A DNA stretch of 64,000 nucleotides from an uncultured Gemmatimonadaceae bacterium (GTDB taxonomy: Bacteria; Gemmatimonadota; Gemmatimonadetes; Gemmatimonadales; Gemmatimonadaceae). This document shows, in pieces, positions 27,282-36,430 of the stretch; within the stretch, counting starts at the first letter, position 1, and every line of letters starts with the position of its first letter. A model generated the notes under the pieces. It worked only from the letters and a program-made list of their open reading frames with translations, had not been told where the DNA came from and did not search any database. Both the position numbers and the translations under genes were made by a program. The DNA lies in contig CAVXGK010000002.1 of assembly GCA_963761305.1 (NCBI GenBank), forward strand, positions 1,312,001 through 1,376,000. Direction: 5' to 3'.

Positions 27282-29684
27282 CTGCCGACGCCGAACCTGC
27301 GCTACGCGCTTCGCTCGCTCGCCAAGAGCCCCGTCTTCACAGCCGTGGCGGCACTCTCGCTCGCCCTCGCGCTGGCGGTGAACACGACGATGTTCGCGCT
27401 CGTCGACGCGGTGCTCTTTCCCACCGTGCCGTACCACGATGGGGGACGCGCGTACTCGGTTGGCTACACGCCGGCCGGCAGGAACACGTCGACGTACGAA
27501 GAGCGATTCGACGCGATGAGGCGCGGACTTCGGTCGGTGGACGCTGTGGTGCCGTACTACCTCACGCCCGCAAGCATCGAGCGCGACAACACGATCGAGG
27601 ACGCCCTCGTCGCCAACGCATCGTCGGAGTTGTTCGACGTGCTCGGCGTGCGACCGGAAGTCGGGCGGGCGTTCAACGAGAGCGACACGCGTCCCGGCGC
27701 GCTTCCCGTGGTGATGATCAGCTACGAGCTCTGGCTCCGGCTCTTCCACGAGCAACCGCTCGCGAAGCATCTCTCGCTCGGCGTGGGACGCGGAAACTAT
27801 GAAGTCATCGGCGTGATGCCGCGCGGAATGCACTTCCCCGCGAACGACGTCTGGCTCCCGCCGGGCAAGCTGGTGGGCGACAGTCTCGTGAAGCCGATGG
27901 GTCCGTTCGCCGTGGTGAAAACGAAAGCCGGCGTCACGCGGGACGCGATGCAACGTGAGATGGACGTCGTGTTCGCCGGACTGAACGCCGCCGTCGTTCC
28001 ACGATCCCCCGTCGCCGTCCGACTCGTGGCGTTCACCGGCGGCAATAGCGGCCGCAATCTCTCCGGCGGCCCGTACGTGATGTTTCTCGTCGTCGGCACC
28101 GTGCTCCTCATCGCCTGCGCCAACCTCGGCACGATGCTCCTCGCGCGCGGCATGGCGCGCCGGCGCGAGATCGCGATCCGCATCGCGCTCGGCGCGACGC
28201 GGCGGGCAATCGCGACGCAGGTGCTCACCGAGTGCGCCGTCATCGTTGGCGTTGGCGTCGGCGTGGGGATGCTGCTCACGTCGTGGGCTGTGTATCTCCT
28301 GCCGCACTACGCGACGCCGTATGCGCCGAACATCGGCGACATGCAGCCGACACCGAGTTGGCGCGTGTTCGGGTTCGCTCTCGCGATCGCCAGCGTCACG
28401 CTGTTCCTGGCGAGTGCCTTACCAGCCTGGCGCGCCGCGCGCACCGATCCGGCCGAGCCGATCAAGGAAGGCGCCGGCTCGACGGGACGCATTCGCGATC
28501 GATACAACCCGCTCATCGTCGTCGAGGTGGCGCTGTCGACGGCGCTCCTGATGACCGCCGCGCTGTTCATTCTCGCGGTCGCACGCCTCACCGCCTTCGA
28601 TTTCAGCTACGCGGCGAAACAGCTTCAGACGGTGGATCTCTTCATCCGAAAGCGCGACATGCCCGCCGACTTCGCCGCGGAACGCTTCTATGACGATCTC
28701 GTCGTACGGATCAAGGGTCTACCGGGCGTGCGCGACGCCGCGACGTTGCACATCGAGAAGCCAAAAGGTGGAATCGTCTTCGCCGAGGAAGGAAAGAGCG
28801 GCGACCACTGGATGAACCTGAACGAGTACAGCGCCGTGAGTCCGTCGTATCTCGACGCGCTGGGCATTCCTATGGTCGACGGGCGTGACTTTGAGGCGGG
28901 CGATCGCGTCAGCGGAACTGGCGTCGTGATCGTCGACGACAGCGCGGCTCGTCGCCTCTGGCCCGGACTCGCGTCGCCGGTGGGACGCATGATCAAGCTC
29001 GGCACGCGCGAATCGCCGCTGCCGTGGCTTCGCGTCGTCGGCGTGGCGAGATCGGTGGAGTTTCAACCTCGATCAGACGTCGATCTGCCGCCCGAGCCGA
29101 AGCTCTACGTGCTGTACGGCCACGACGTCGAACGCGATCGACAGCTCGTGGTGCGCGGCGACGGGGTCGGCGGCTCCGGAGGTCAGGCGCGGCTGGGCGT
29201 GGCCATTCGGCACGAGCTCTTGAGCATTGCGCCCTGGATGTACGTGCGGGTACGCCGCTGGCTCGAGGGATACGACGGGAAGCGCCAAGGCAGCGCGTTC
29301 CTCGCGTCGATGTTCACCGCGTTCGGCGTGTTCGGGTTGGTGTTGTGCGCCGTGGGTCTGTACGGCGTCGTCGCTTACACGGTGAGCCGCCGCCTGCGCG
29401 AATTGGCGACGCGCATCGCGCTCGGCGCACAATCGCGCGACATCGTGCGCGCGGTGCTCCATGACTGCGCGGTCACGGTGCTGGCGGGGATAGGCGTCGG
29501 CGCGTTCCTGGCGTTGGGCGTGACGCGTCCCTTCGCCGACAGCATGTTCAACCTGAAGTACGAGTTGGCTGTGGCGCTGATTGCGTCCGAGACATTGCTG
29601 TTCGGCGCGGCGGTACTGGCCTGCGTGGGGCCAATCCGGCGAGCGGTTCGCGCGAATCCGGTGGAGATTCTGCGCGCCGGCTGA
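27282..29684 (+). CDS. Duplicated ABC permease (MacB/FtsX; ADOP-type)
   Basis: LRYALRSLAKSPVFT, LIACANL, RRREIAIRIALGA and ANPVEILRA motifs. The conserved N-terminus lies upstream of the track start; likely CTG start at 27282. Confidence 0.88.
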   Translation: MPTPNLRYALRSLAKSPVFTAVAALSLALALAVNTTMFALVDAVLFPTVPYHDGGRAYSVGYTPAGRNTSTYEERFDAMRRGLRSVDAVVPYYLTPASIERDNTIEDALVANASSELFDVLGVRPEVGRAFNESDTRPGALPVVMISYELWLRLFHEQPLAKHLSLGVGRGNYEVIGVMPRGMHFPANDVWLPPGKLVGDSLVKPMGPFAVVKTKAGVTRDAMQREMDVVFAGLNAAVVPRSPVAVRLVAFTGGNSGRNLSGGPYVMFLVVGTVLLIACANLGTMLLARGMARRREIAIRIALGATRRAIATQVLTECAVIVGVGVGVGMLLTSWAVYLLPHYATPYAPNIGDMQPTPSWRVFGFALAIASVTLFLASALPAWRAARTDPAEPIKEGAGSTGRIRDRYNPLIVVEVALSTALLMTAALFILAVARLTAFDFSYAAKQLQTVDLFIRKRDMPADFAAERFYDDLVVRIKGLPGVRDAATLHIEKPKGGIVFAEEGKSGDHWMNLNEYSAVSPSYLDALGIPMVDGRDFEAGDRVSGTGVVIVDDSAARRLWPGLASPVGRMIKLGTRESPLPWLRVVGVARSVEFQPRSDVDLPPEPKLYVLYGHDVERDRQLVVRGDGVGGSGGQARLGVAIRHELLSIAPWMYVRVRRWLEGYDGKRQGSAFLASMFTAFGVFGLVLCAVGLYGVVAYTVSRRLRELATRIALGAQSRDIVRAVLHDCAVTVLAGIGVGAFLALGVTRPFADSMFNLKYELAVALIASETLLFGAAVLACVGPIRRAVRANPVEILRAG

Positions 29685-29763
29685 GGTGGCGGGTGGACGG
29701 GTGGACCGGGTGGACCGGGACGGTGGACCGGTGGACCGGTGGACCGGTGGACCGGTGGACAGG
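29685..29763 (+). repeat. Intergenic octamer tandem repeat (GGTGGACC, about 8 copies)
   Basis: Longest copy of this family in the window; begins right after the permease stop. Confidence 0.9.
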
Positions 29764-29820
29764 TTAGAATAGCGCGCGATCATTCAACGAACCGCTATCC
29801 GCGCTGAGACCAGTCGACAC

Positions 29821-30216
29821 ATGGACGACCTCATCACCGCCGCCGAGGCTGCGCGACTCCTGCATCTGCACGTCAAACGGGTGCAGCACCTCGCTCGCAC
29901 GGGGCAACTCCCCGCGACGCGCTTCGGACACAAGTGGCTGTTCTCGCGTTCGCGGCTCCTGGCCACGTCGCCGACGCCGTCCACTCCTCAACCGGCGTCG
30001 GAGGCGCTCGAGATCAGCGCGAGAAATCGGCTTCGCGGAACGATCACGTCGATCCTCGCCGACGGCGTGATGGCGGAGATCCGGGTTCAGGTGGGCGATC
30101 AGGAAATCGTCTCGATCATCACCCGCTCGTCGGCCGAGCGCCTTCGGCTCGCGGTCGGAGACCAGGTATTCGCCGTCGTGAAGTCGACGGAGGTCATGAT
30201 CGCCAAGTCTGGGTAG
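29821..30216 (+). CDS. Excisionase-type HTH plus TOBE (Mop) domain regulator, molybdate/tungstate sensing
   Basis: LITAAEAARLL...LPATRFGHKWLF; ISARNRLRGTI...SIITRSS...AVVKSTEV. Confidence 0.9.
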   Translation: MDDLITAAEAARLLHLHVKRVQHLARTGQLPATRFGHKWLFSRSRLLATSPTPSTPQPASEALEISARNRLRGTITSILADGVMAEIRVQVGDQEIVSIITRSSAERLRLAVGDQVFAVVKSTEVMIAKSG

Positions 30217-30234
30217 AACGATCTTGATACGACC

Positions 30235-30253
30235 GGATATTCCCTAAATATCC
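30235..30253. promoter_or_regulatory. Palindromic operator candidate GGATAT-N7-ATATCC
   Basis: Perfect 6-bp inverted repeat with a 7-bp spacer, upstream of the OM protein and WtpA genes. Confidence 0.55.
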
Positions 30254-30355
30254 CTCGGTGGCTACGATAAGCCATCAAAATGTGCCGTGACGGGGTGTGC
30301 GGGGAGGCCGCCGAACCCTGACGGCCCCCCACCGAGAGACCGACACGTGCCCTGT

Positions 30356-31207
30356 ATGACCCGTGTTCGAAGCATCGCATTTCCCCTCGTCGTTTTCGCT
30401 GCGCTAGCTCCACGCGCTCACGCGCAGTCCACGCCACCGAACGAAGGCGGATTTTGGGACCGCTGGTTCGAGCGTTCAGATAAGTCGAAGGCTGAGCAGC
30501 CGCACTGGCTCACGCCGCTCGCGATGACGACCCCGCGACTCGAGCAGGAATTCCGCTACGACGTGAACTGGTCGCAGGCGCGTCCCGGCGCGCCGTACAC
30601 CGAGAACTTCGGCAACACCAAGGGCCTCGAGCTGATTCCGTTCGAGAACGTGGAGATCATCGCCGGCATCCCGGGCTACGTCGTGCACAACAATCCGGCG
30701 ACGCCGAACGGGTGGGGCGACTTTCAGCTGCTCGTGAAATACCGGATTCTTTCCTCGAACGAGCAGCACGACAACTACATCCTCACCGCCTTCCTCAGCG
30801 AGACGTTTCCCACGGCGACGAACAAGAATGGCCAGCTCAAGTCCGTCGTCACGCCGACGATCGCCTACGGCAAGGGATGGGGCGATTTCGACATGCAGGG
30901 AACGGTTGGCGCGGCCGAGCCGCTCGCGCTGACGTCGACGATCGGCCGAACCTACACATGGAACCACAGCTTCCAGGTGCACGTGTTGTCAAAGGCGTGG
31001 CCGGAGGTGGAGATCAACCAGACGTGGTTCTCGGGCGGCAAGAATGACGGAAAGGAACAGACGTTCATCACGCCCGGAGTCGTCGTGGGCCGGATGCGCC
31101 TCACCGATCGGGTCGGGTTGACGATGGGAGCCGGCGTGCAGATCGCCGTGTCGCAGTTTCATACCAACAATCACAACATCATTCTCTCGGCGCGATTCCC
31201 ATTCTAA
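30356..31207 (+). CDS. Putative outer-membrane beta-barrel channel
   Basis: Signal peptide (AHA|Q), amphipathic strands, GWGDFQLLVKY, C-terminal RFPF. Confidence 0.75.
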   Translation: MTRVRSIAFPLVVFAALAPRAHAQSTPPNEGGFWDRWFERSDKSKAEQPHWLTPLAMTTPRLEQEFRYDVNWSQARPGAPYTENFGNTKGLELIPFENVEIIAGIPGYVVHNNPATPNGWGDFQLLVKYRILSSNEQHDNYILTAFLSETFPTATNKNGQLKSVVTPTIAYGKGWGDFDMQGTVGAAEPLALTSTIGRTYTWNHSFQVHVLSKAWPEVEINQTWFSGGKNDGKEQTFITPGVVVGRMRLTDRVGLTMGAGVQIAVSQFHTNNHNIILSARFPF

Positions 31208-31215
31208 GACGCATC

Positions 31216-32205
31216 ATGCGCACACCTCGCGGAAATCGTGCTCGCCGTGTCACCGCGGCCGCGGCGCTCGTCGCCGCGGCCGCTGCGCTGGCCTCGTCGA
31301 ATGAGACCACGCGTCGCGCCGCCGCCGGTCCGCCGACGCGCGCGACGAACCTTCTCGTCATGAACGCGGCGTCCATCACGAAACCGGTGCGCGCCCTCCT
31401 CGACAGCTTCGCGGCGCACACCGGCGAGAAATACGACCTCGAGCCGGGCGCGAGCCTCGAGGTCGCGCGGCGACTCACCGAGCTGCATCGTACGCCCGAC
31501 GTGCTGCTGCTCGCCGACCCCGAAGTCTTCCCGCAGCTCCTGATGCCGAAGTACGTCCACTGGTACGCGCTCTTCGCCCGCAATCGGATCGTGCTCGCCT
31601 ACACGCCGAAATCGCGCGGCGCTGCCACGATCAACGGCGACAACTGGCGCACCGTCATCATGCAACCGGGGGTGGAGGTCGGCCGCGCCGATCCGAACAC
31701 CGATCCGTCGGGCTACCGCACACTGCTCACGATGAAGCTCGCCGAGGAGCACTACCGAGAGCCGGGGTTGTACGACCGGTTGTTGGCCGCCGCACCGACG
31801 CGCAACGTTCGTCCGCGCGAGGCCGACCAGGTCGCGCTCCTGCAAACGGGTGAGCTCGACTACATCTGGACCTATCAGAATCTCGCCGAGAACGACGGGT
31901 TGAAGTTCATGAGGCTGCCGGACGCGATCGACCTCGGGAATCCCGCCGACAGCGCGACATATGCACACGCCACGACGCGCGTGATCGGTAAACAGCCCGG
32001 TGACACGATCACGATGCGCGGCGCGCCGATCGTGTTCGCGCTGTCGATTCCGGTGGACGCCCCAAACCGCGCCACGGCTGAACGATTCGTCGCGTATCTC
32101 ATTTCCCCCGAAGGCAAGAGAATCCTTCGCTCGCAACACGTCGACGCGCTCGATCGGCTCGTGCCGTCCGGAACAGACCTGCCGGCTGTCGTCAAAGCTC
32201 GTTAG
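31216..32205 (+). CDS. wtpA: Tungstate/molybdate-binding protein, WtpA-like
   Basis: ADPNTDPSGYRT, RPREADQVALLQTGELDY and LPDAIDLG motifs; next to a TOBE regulator. Confidence 0.8.
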   Translation: MRTPRGNRARRVTAAAALVAAAAALASSNETTRRAAAGPPTRATNLLVMNAASITKPVRALLDSFAAHTGEKYDLEPGASLEVARRLTELHRTPDVLLLADPEVFPQLLMPKYVHWYALFARNRIVLAYTPKSRGAATINGDNWRTVIMQPGVEVGRADPNTDPSGYRTLLTMKLAEEHYREPGLYDRLLAAAPTRNVRPREADQVALLQTGELDYIWTYQNLAENDGLKFMRLPDAIDLGNPADSATYAHATTRVIGKQPGDTITMRGAPIVFALSIPVDAPNRATAERFVAYLISPEGKRILRSQHVDALDRLVPSGTDLPAVVKAR

Positions 32206-32248
32206 TCTGCGCGGTAGCGAAAACTCGGCCGCCTCCGATCTCAAGCCT

Positions 32249-33157
32249 GTGCGCATTCTGGTAACGGCCGCCCTTGCCGCGGCTTTGATTCGAGCGCCCG
32301 CGCTCGCTCAGACCTCGCCGGACTCCGCCCGGCGCGCACCGGAATGTCCAAGGTGCGCCGAGTGGAACGTGTCGCAAACGCCGTTTCGCATCTTCGGCAA
32401 CACGTTCTACGTCGGAACGCACGGACTCGCGGCCGTTCTCGTGACGTCGCCGCAAGGCCATGTGCTGATTGACGGCGCACTCCCCGAATCGGCGCCGCTC
32501 ATCCTGGCGAACATTCGCGCGCTCGGGTTCCGCGTCGAGGACGTGAAAATCATGCTCAACTCGCACGCGCACTACGACCACGCCGGCGGGATCGCGGCCG
32601 TGCAGAAGGCCACCGGCGCGGAGGTCGACGCGAGTCCATGGAGTGCGGCCGTCATTCGGCGCGGCGCGTCCGACCAGGGTGATCCCCAATTCGGGCTGGC
32701 GCTGCCGTATCCGGCGGCATCGTCGGTCCGCACGATAAGCGACGGACAGGTGGTGCGGGTCGGCGATCTCGCGCTCACGGCGCACTTCACCGGAGGCCAC
32801 ACGCCCGGCGGAACCACGTGGACCTGGCGGTCGTGCGACGGCGATCGTTGTCTCGACATCGTGTATGCCGACAGTCAGACGCCGGTGTCGGCCGACGACT
32901 TTCTCTACACACGGTCCGCGGCGTATTCGACCGGCGTGCAGGATTTCGAGCATTCGTTCACCGTGCTCGAGAGTCTTTCCTGCGACATCCTGATCACGCC
33001 GCATCCGGCGGCGTCGAGTTTCTGGGAGCGCATCGCGGCGCGCGATTCGGGCAACATGGAAGCGCTGGTCGATCGCGATGCCTGCCGGCGATTCGCGACC
33101 AACGCGCGGCGCGATCTGGCCGCTCGAATCGAACGGGAAAAGCGCGCGAATCCCTAG
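32249..33157 (+). CDS. Subclass B3 metallo-beta-lactamase
   Basis: Signal peptide; PFRIFGNTFYVGT, SHAHYDHAGG, GHTPG and ITPHP motifs. Confidence 0.88.
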   Translation: MRILVTAALAAALIRAPALAQTSPDSARRAPECPRCAEWNVSQTPFRIFGNTFYVGTHGLAAVLVTSPQGHVLIDGALPESAPLILANIRALGFRVEDVKIMLNSHAHYDHAGGIAAVQKATGAEVDASPWSAAVIRRGASDQGDPQFGLALPYPAASSVRTISDGQVVRVGDLALTAHFTGGHTPGGTTWTWRSCDGDRCLDIVYADSQTPVSADDFLYTRSAAYSTGVQDFEHSFTVLESLSCDILITPHPAASSFWERIAARDSGNMEALVDRDACRRFATNARRDLAARIEREKRANP

Positions 33158-33159
33158 CC

Positions 33160-33699
33160 ATGGCACTCGTCGTCTTTCTTCGCGGCGTGAACGTCGGCGG
33201 ACATCGCACGTTTCGCCCCAGCGTTCTCGCGAAGCAGCTCAGCGCGTACGACGTAGTGAACATCGGCGCCGCGGGAACGTTCGTCGTGAGAAAGCCCGGC
33301 GCGCGCGCGAAGTTCCGCGCCGCGCTGCTCGGCAAGCTTCCGTTCGATACGCAGGTCATGCTCTGCGATGCGAAGGATCTACTCCGCGTGCACGCCGAGA
33401 ATCCGTTCGGCGTGCAGCCGCCACGTGCCGACGTCGTTCGCTTCGTCAGCGTTCTATCGAAGGCGAGCCGCGCTCGAACGGCGATCCCGCTGCAACTGCC
33501 GGCCGAAGGCGACTGGTTCGTGCGCGTGATTGGCTCCAAACATCCCTTCGTGTTCGGAGAGTACCGCCGCCACATGAAGACGATCGGCTACCTCGGCCAG
33601 ATCGACAGACTGTTCGGGGTGCCGGTCACGACGCGGGGATGGAACACGATCATTACAATTGTGAAAGTCCTGTCACGCGAGAACGAGCCCCGACGCTGA
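33160..33699 (+). CDS. DUF1697-family protein
   Basis: FLRGVNVGG at the N-terminus and TTRGWNTI near the C-terminus. Confidence 0.85.
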   Translation: MALVVFLRGVNVGGHRTFRPSVLAKQLSAYDVVNIGAAGTFVVRKPGARAKFRAALLGKLPFDTQVMLCDAKDLLRVHAENPFGVQPPRADVVRFVSVLSKASRARTAIPLQLPAEGDWFVRVIGSKHPFVFGEYRRHMKTIGYLGQIDRLFGVPVTTRGWNTIITIVKVLSRENEPRR

Positions 33700-33810
33700 A
33701 ACAGCGCCGATTGCGACTCAACTGAGCCGCGTGGATTGGCATTTCTTTGCGCATCGGCCAGCGCCTCGACCGCGGCTGTTGCGTTGTCCCCGCGTCACCG
33801 TCGTAGTTCG

Positions 33811-34362
33811 ATGAACAATGCAAGGTCTCACGTGCGACGACGACATCTTCGATTGTTGGCCCCCGCTCTCCTGACGGCGTTGTCGCTCGCCGGCTGCGAC
33901 AATTCGTTTCAGAGTGACGCTCGGGTCCAATTGGCGAGCGCGTCGGGCGTACCGACGGACGCCGCCCCGACCCCTCCCGACGTGATGCACTTGCTCCGGC
34001 TCGAGGGATTCGTCAGCCCCGGCAACGTCGCGGCAAACGGAACGTGCATTCCGTTCGACGCGAGCGGCCGATCGCGGCTCATCTACCTGATGCTGCCCGC
34101 CGAGTCGTCGTACGTGCGACTGACTATCGTCGCGCGGCCGGGCGGGCCTGTCGATATGGTGGACCTCGTGCGAGGAATTCCGGACGGCCGCATTTGGTCG
34201 GCGACACTCGAGGGTCCGCGAGGCACGACGACGGCGCGCCTTTTCGCGTCGGCCAGCGACAAGGCGCCGACGACGGACGAGTGGTCGGCGCAGGATCAGC
34301 GCACGCAGCGACTGAGCGAGGTCGCCGCGGCCGCCATTCAGTCGCCTTGCGTGCCCAAGTAG
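33811..34362 (+). CDS. Hypothetical lipoprotein
   Basis: Lipobox LAGC after a hydrophobic stretch. Confidence 0.65.
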   Translation: MNNARSHVRRRHLRLLAPALLTALSLAGCDNSFQSDARVQLASASGVPTDAAPTPPDVMHLLRLEGFVSPGNVAANGTCIPFDASGRSRLIYLMLPAESSYVRLTIVARPGGPVDMVDLVRGIPDGRIWSATLEGPRGTTTARLFASASDKAPTTDEWSAQDQRTQRLSEVAAAAIQSPCVPK

Positions 34363-34363
34363 A

Positions 34364-35116
34364 TCAGGTCAGGTCCGTCACCAGCATGCAGCCCGGAGCG
34401 TGCGTGACGGCGAACGGAATACGTGAGCTGGCAATCGCCGCCTGAGGGGTCACACCGCAAGCCCAGAATACCGGAAGCTCGCCGGGCGCGATCTCGGTCG
34501 GATCGCCGTAGTCGGGCAATGAGATATTTGTAATGCCGATCCGCTCGGGGTCGCCCACATGAACCGGCGCCCCATGAGCCAAGGGAAAGCGGCCTGTGAT
34601 CTCGATCGCGCGCGCCGCGTCGGCGGCGGTCAGCGGGCGCATCGACACGACCAACGGCCCGGCGAAGGGACCCGCCGGTTCGCAAGCGATGTTCGTGCGG
34701 TACATCGCGACGTTCGTTCGCGCCAACAGGTGCTTGAGGCGAATACCGGCGGCGGTCAGCGCCTCCTCGAAGGTGAACGAGCAACCGAGGACGAAGCCGA
34801 CGAGATCGTCGCGCCAGAGATGTGAAATGGCGGCGACCTCTTCGACGAGTTGGCCATGGCGCCAGACGCGGTAGCGAGGCAAGTCGGTCCTGAGGTCGAG
34901 GTCGGCGCCGAGCTCGGGAACGCGGGGACTGCCCGGCTCGGTCACGCCAATCACCGGGCACGGTTTCGGATTGAGCGCGCAGAAGCGCGCGAAGTCGCCG
35001 GCGACGTCGGCCGGCACAACGACGAGATTGCCTTGCGCGAATCCGGGCGCCAGTCCCGCCGTCGGGCCGGTCAGCGTGCCCGCCCTCACCGCGAGCCGGA
35101 CGTCGCGCCCGGTCAC
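34364..35116 (-). CDS. DUF1445/UPF0317 putative hydro-lyase (D-glutamate cyclase-like)
   Basis: [30 protein letters not shown] and THAPGCM motifs; GTG 35116 overlaps the MFS stop. Confidence 0.9.
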   Translation of the reverse strand: MTGRDVRLAVRAGTLTGPTAGLAPGFAQGNLVVVPADVAGDFARFCALNPKPCPVIGVTEPGSPRVPELGADLDLRTDLPRYRVWRHGQLVEEVAAISHLWRDDLVGFVLGCSFTFEEALTAAGIRLKHLLARTNVAMYRTNIACEPAGPFAGPLVVSMRPLTAADAARAIEITGRFPLAHGAPVHVGDPERIGITNISLPDYGDPTEIAPGELPVFWACGVTPQAAIASSRIPFAVTHAPGCMLVTDLT

Positions 35117-36396
35117 GACGCCAATGCCGCCCCCCGCGTCTCGGGGAGCAAGAATGCCGCGATCCCCATCACGCTGTAGGCGATGATCGCGAAGATCGAG
35201 ATCGCGCGCGACAAGGGCATCGTCGCCGAGATATAGCCGACGAGCGCGGGGAACGTGGCGCCGATGCCGCGGCCGAAATTGTAGGCGAACCCCATCGCCG
35301 AGCCCCGCACGCGCGTGGGAAACAATTCGGCGAAGAACGCGCCCAGCCCGGCGAAATACCCCGACACGACGAAGCCGAGGGGAAAGCCGAGAAGCCATAG
35401 GACACCGTTTGTAACGGGGGCGCGTGTATAGATCAGCGTCATCACCACCGCGCCGGCCGAGAACACGAGGAACAGTTTGCGGCGTCCGATCCGGTCGGCG
35501 AGCCATGCGCCGGTGAGATACCCGGTGAACGCACCGGTGATCAGGAAAGCGAGATAGCTCGTCGACCCGACCATGGTAAGATGCCGCTCCGTCTGGAGGA
35601 AAACCGGCAGCCACGTATTGATCGCGTAGTAGCCGCCCTGGGCGCCGGTGCCGAGTAGCGCGGCGAGCGCCGTCGTCTTGAGCAGGCCCGGCGAGAAGAT
35701 CTCCCAGATCGAACCCATCGACTCGCCGCGTGCCGCCGCGGCGAGCGGCGGTTCCTTCACGAAGCGTCGAATGAACAGCACGTACAACGCGGGCACGAAA
35801 CCGAGCGCGAACATCCAACGCCACGCCTGCTGCTCGGGAAGCGTCGAGTAGACGATCGCCTGGAGGAGCACGGCACTTCCCCACCCGACCGCCCATCCCG
35901 ACTGCACGCACCCGACGGCGCGTCCGCGATATCGCGGCCGAATCGTCTCGCTCATGAGCGCGGCGGCGGCCGTCCACTCACCGCCGAAACCGAAGCCGAG
36001 CAGCGCGCGAAAAATCGCCAGCTGTCCGAAGCTCTGCGCGAACGCCGAGAGAAGACTGAAAAGAGCAAACCAGAGCACGGTGATCTGTACCGCGCGCACG
36101 CGCCCCATGTGATCGGAGACGTAGCCCGCCACCCAGCCGCCGAGCGCCGAGCACAAAAGCGTCGCGCTGACGGTCAGTCCCGCGGTCCCTCGGTCGACGT
36201 GCCAGAGCGCGATCACCGTGCCCAGCACGAGCGTGTAGATCGTGAAGTCCAGACCGTCGAGCGCGTAACCCAGCGCGCACGCCAGCATCGTGCGTCGCTC
36301 GGGCAGCGTCATGGCGCGGTAGAACGCGGCCAATCCCGAGTCGTCGGCCTCGGCGTCGATCGCAACGGGGAGTGCGCCTTCGGCGAGGTCGCTCAT
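35113..36396 (-). CDS. MFS transporter
   Basis: About 12 TM helices; SDHMGR, GFGGEW, ADRIGRR and ELFPTRVRG motifs. Confidence 0.93.
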   Translation of the reverse strand: MSDLAEGALPVAIDAEADDSGLAAFYRAMTLPERRTMLACALGYALDGLDFTIYTLVLGTVIALWHVDRGTAGLTVSATLLCSALGGWVAGYVSDHMGRVRAVQITVLWFALFSLLSAFAQSFGQLAIFRALLGFGFGGEWTAAAALMSETIRPRYRGRAVGCVQSGWAVGWGSAVLLQAIVYSTLPEQQAWRWMFALGFVPALYVLFIRRFVKEPPLAAAARGESMGSIWEIFSPGLLKTTALAALLGTGAQGGYYAINTWLPVFLQTERHLTMVGSTSYLAFLITGAFTGYLTGAWLADRIGRRKLFLVFSAGAVVMTLIYTRAPVTNGVLWLLGFPLGFVVSGYFAGLGAFFAELFPTRVRGSAMGFAYNFGRGIGATFPALVGYISATMPLSRAISIFAIIAYSVMGIAAFLLPETRGAALAS

Positions 36397-36430
36397 GGCC
36401 GCCGAAGGTACCGGCGCGTTCGTCGTCGCG

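Noticed and set aside
29821..29950. Prophage excisionase
   Set aside because: The HTH is fused to a TOBE domain and there is no integrase or phage gene; it is a regulator.
30217..30355. Moco/Tuco riboswitch
   Set aside because: The context fits, but I could not see the conserved motif elements. An Infernal search would settle it.
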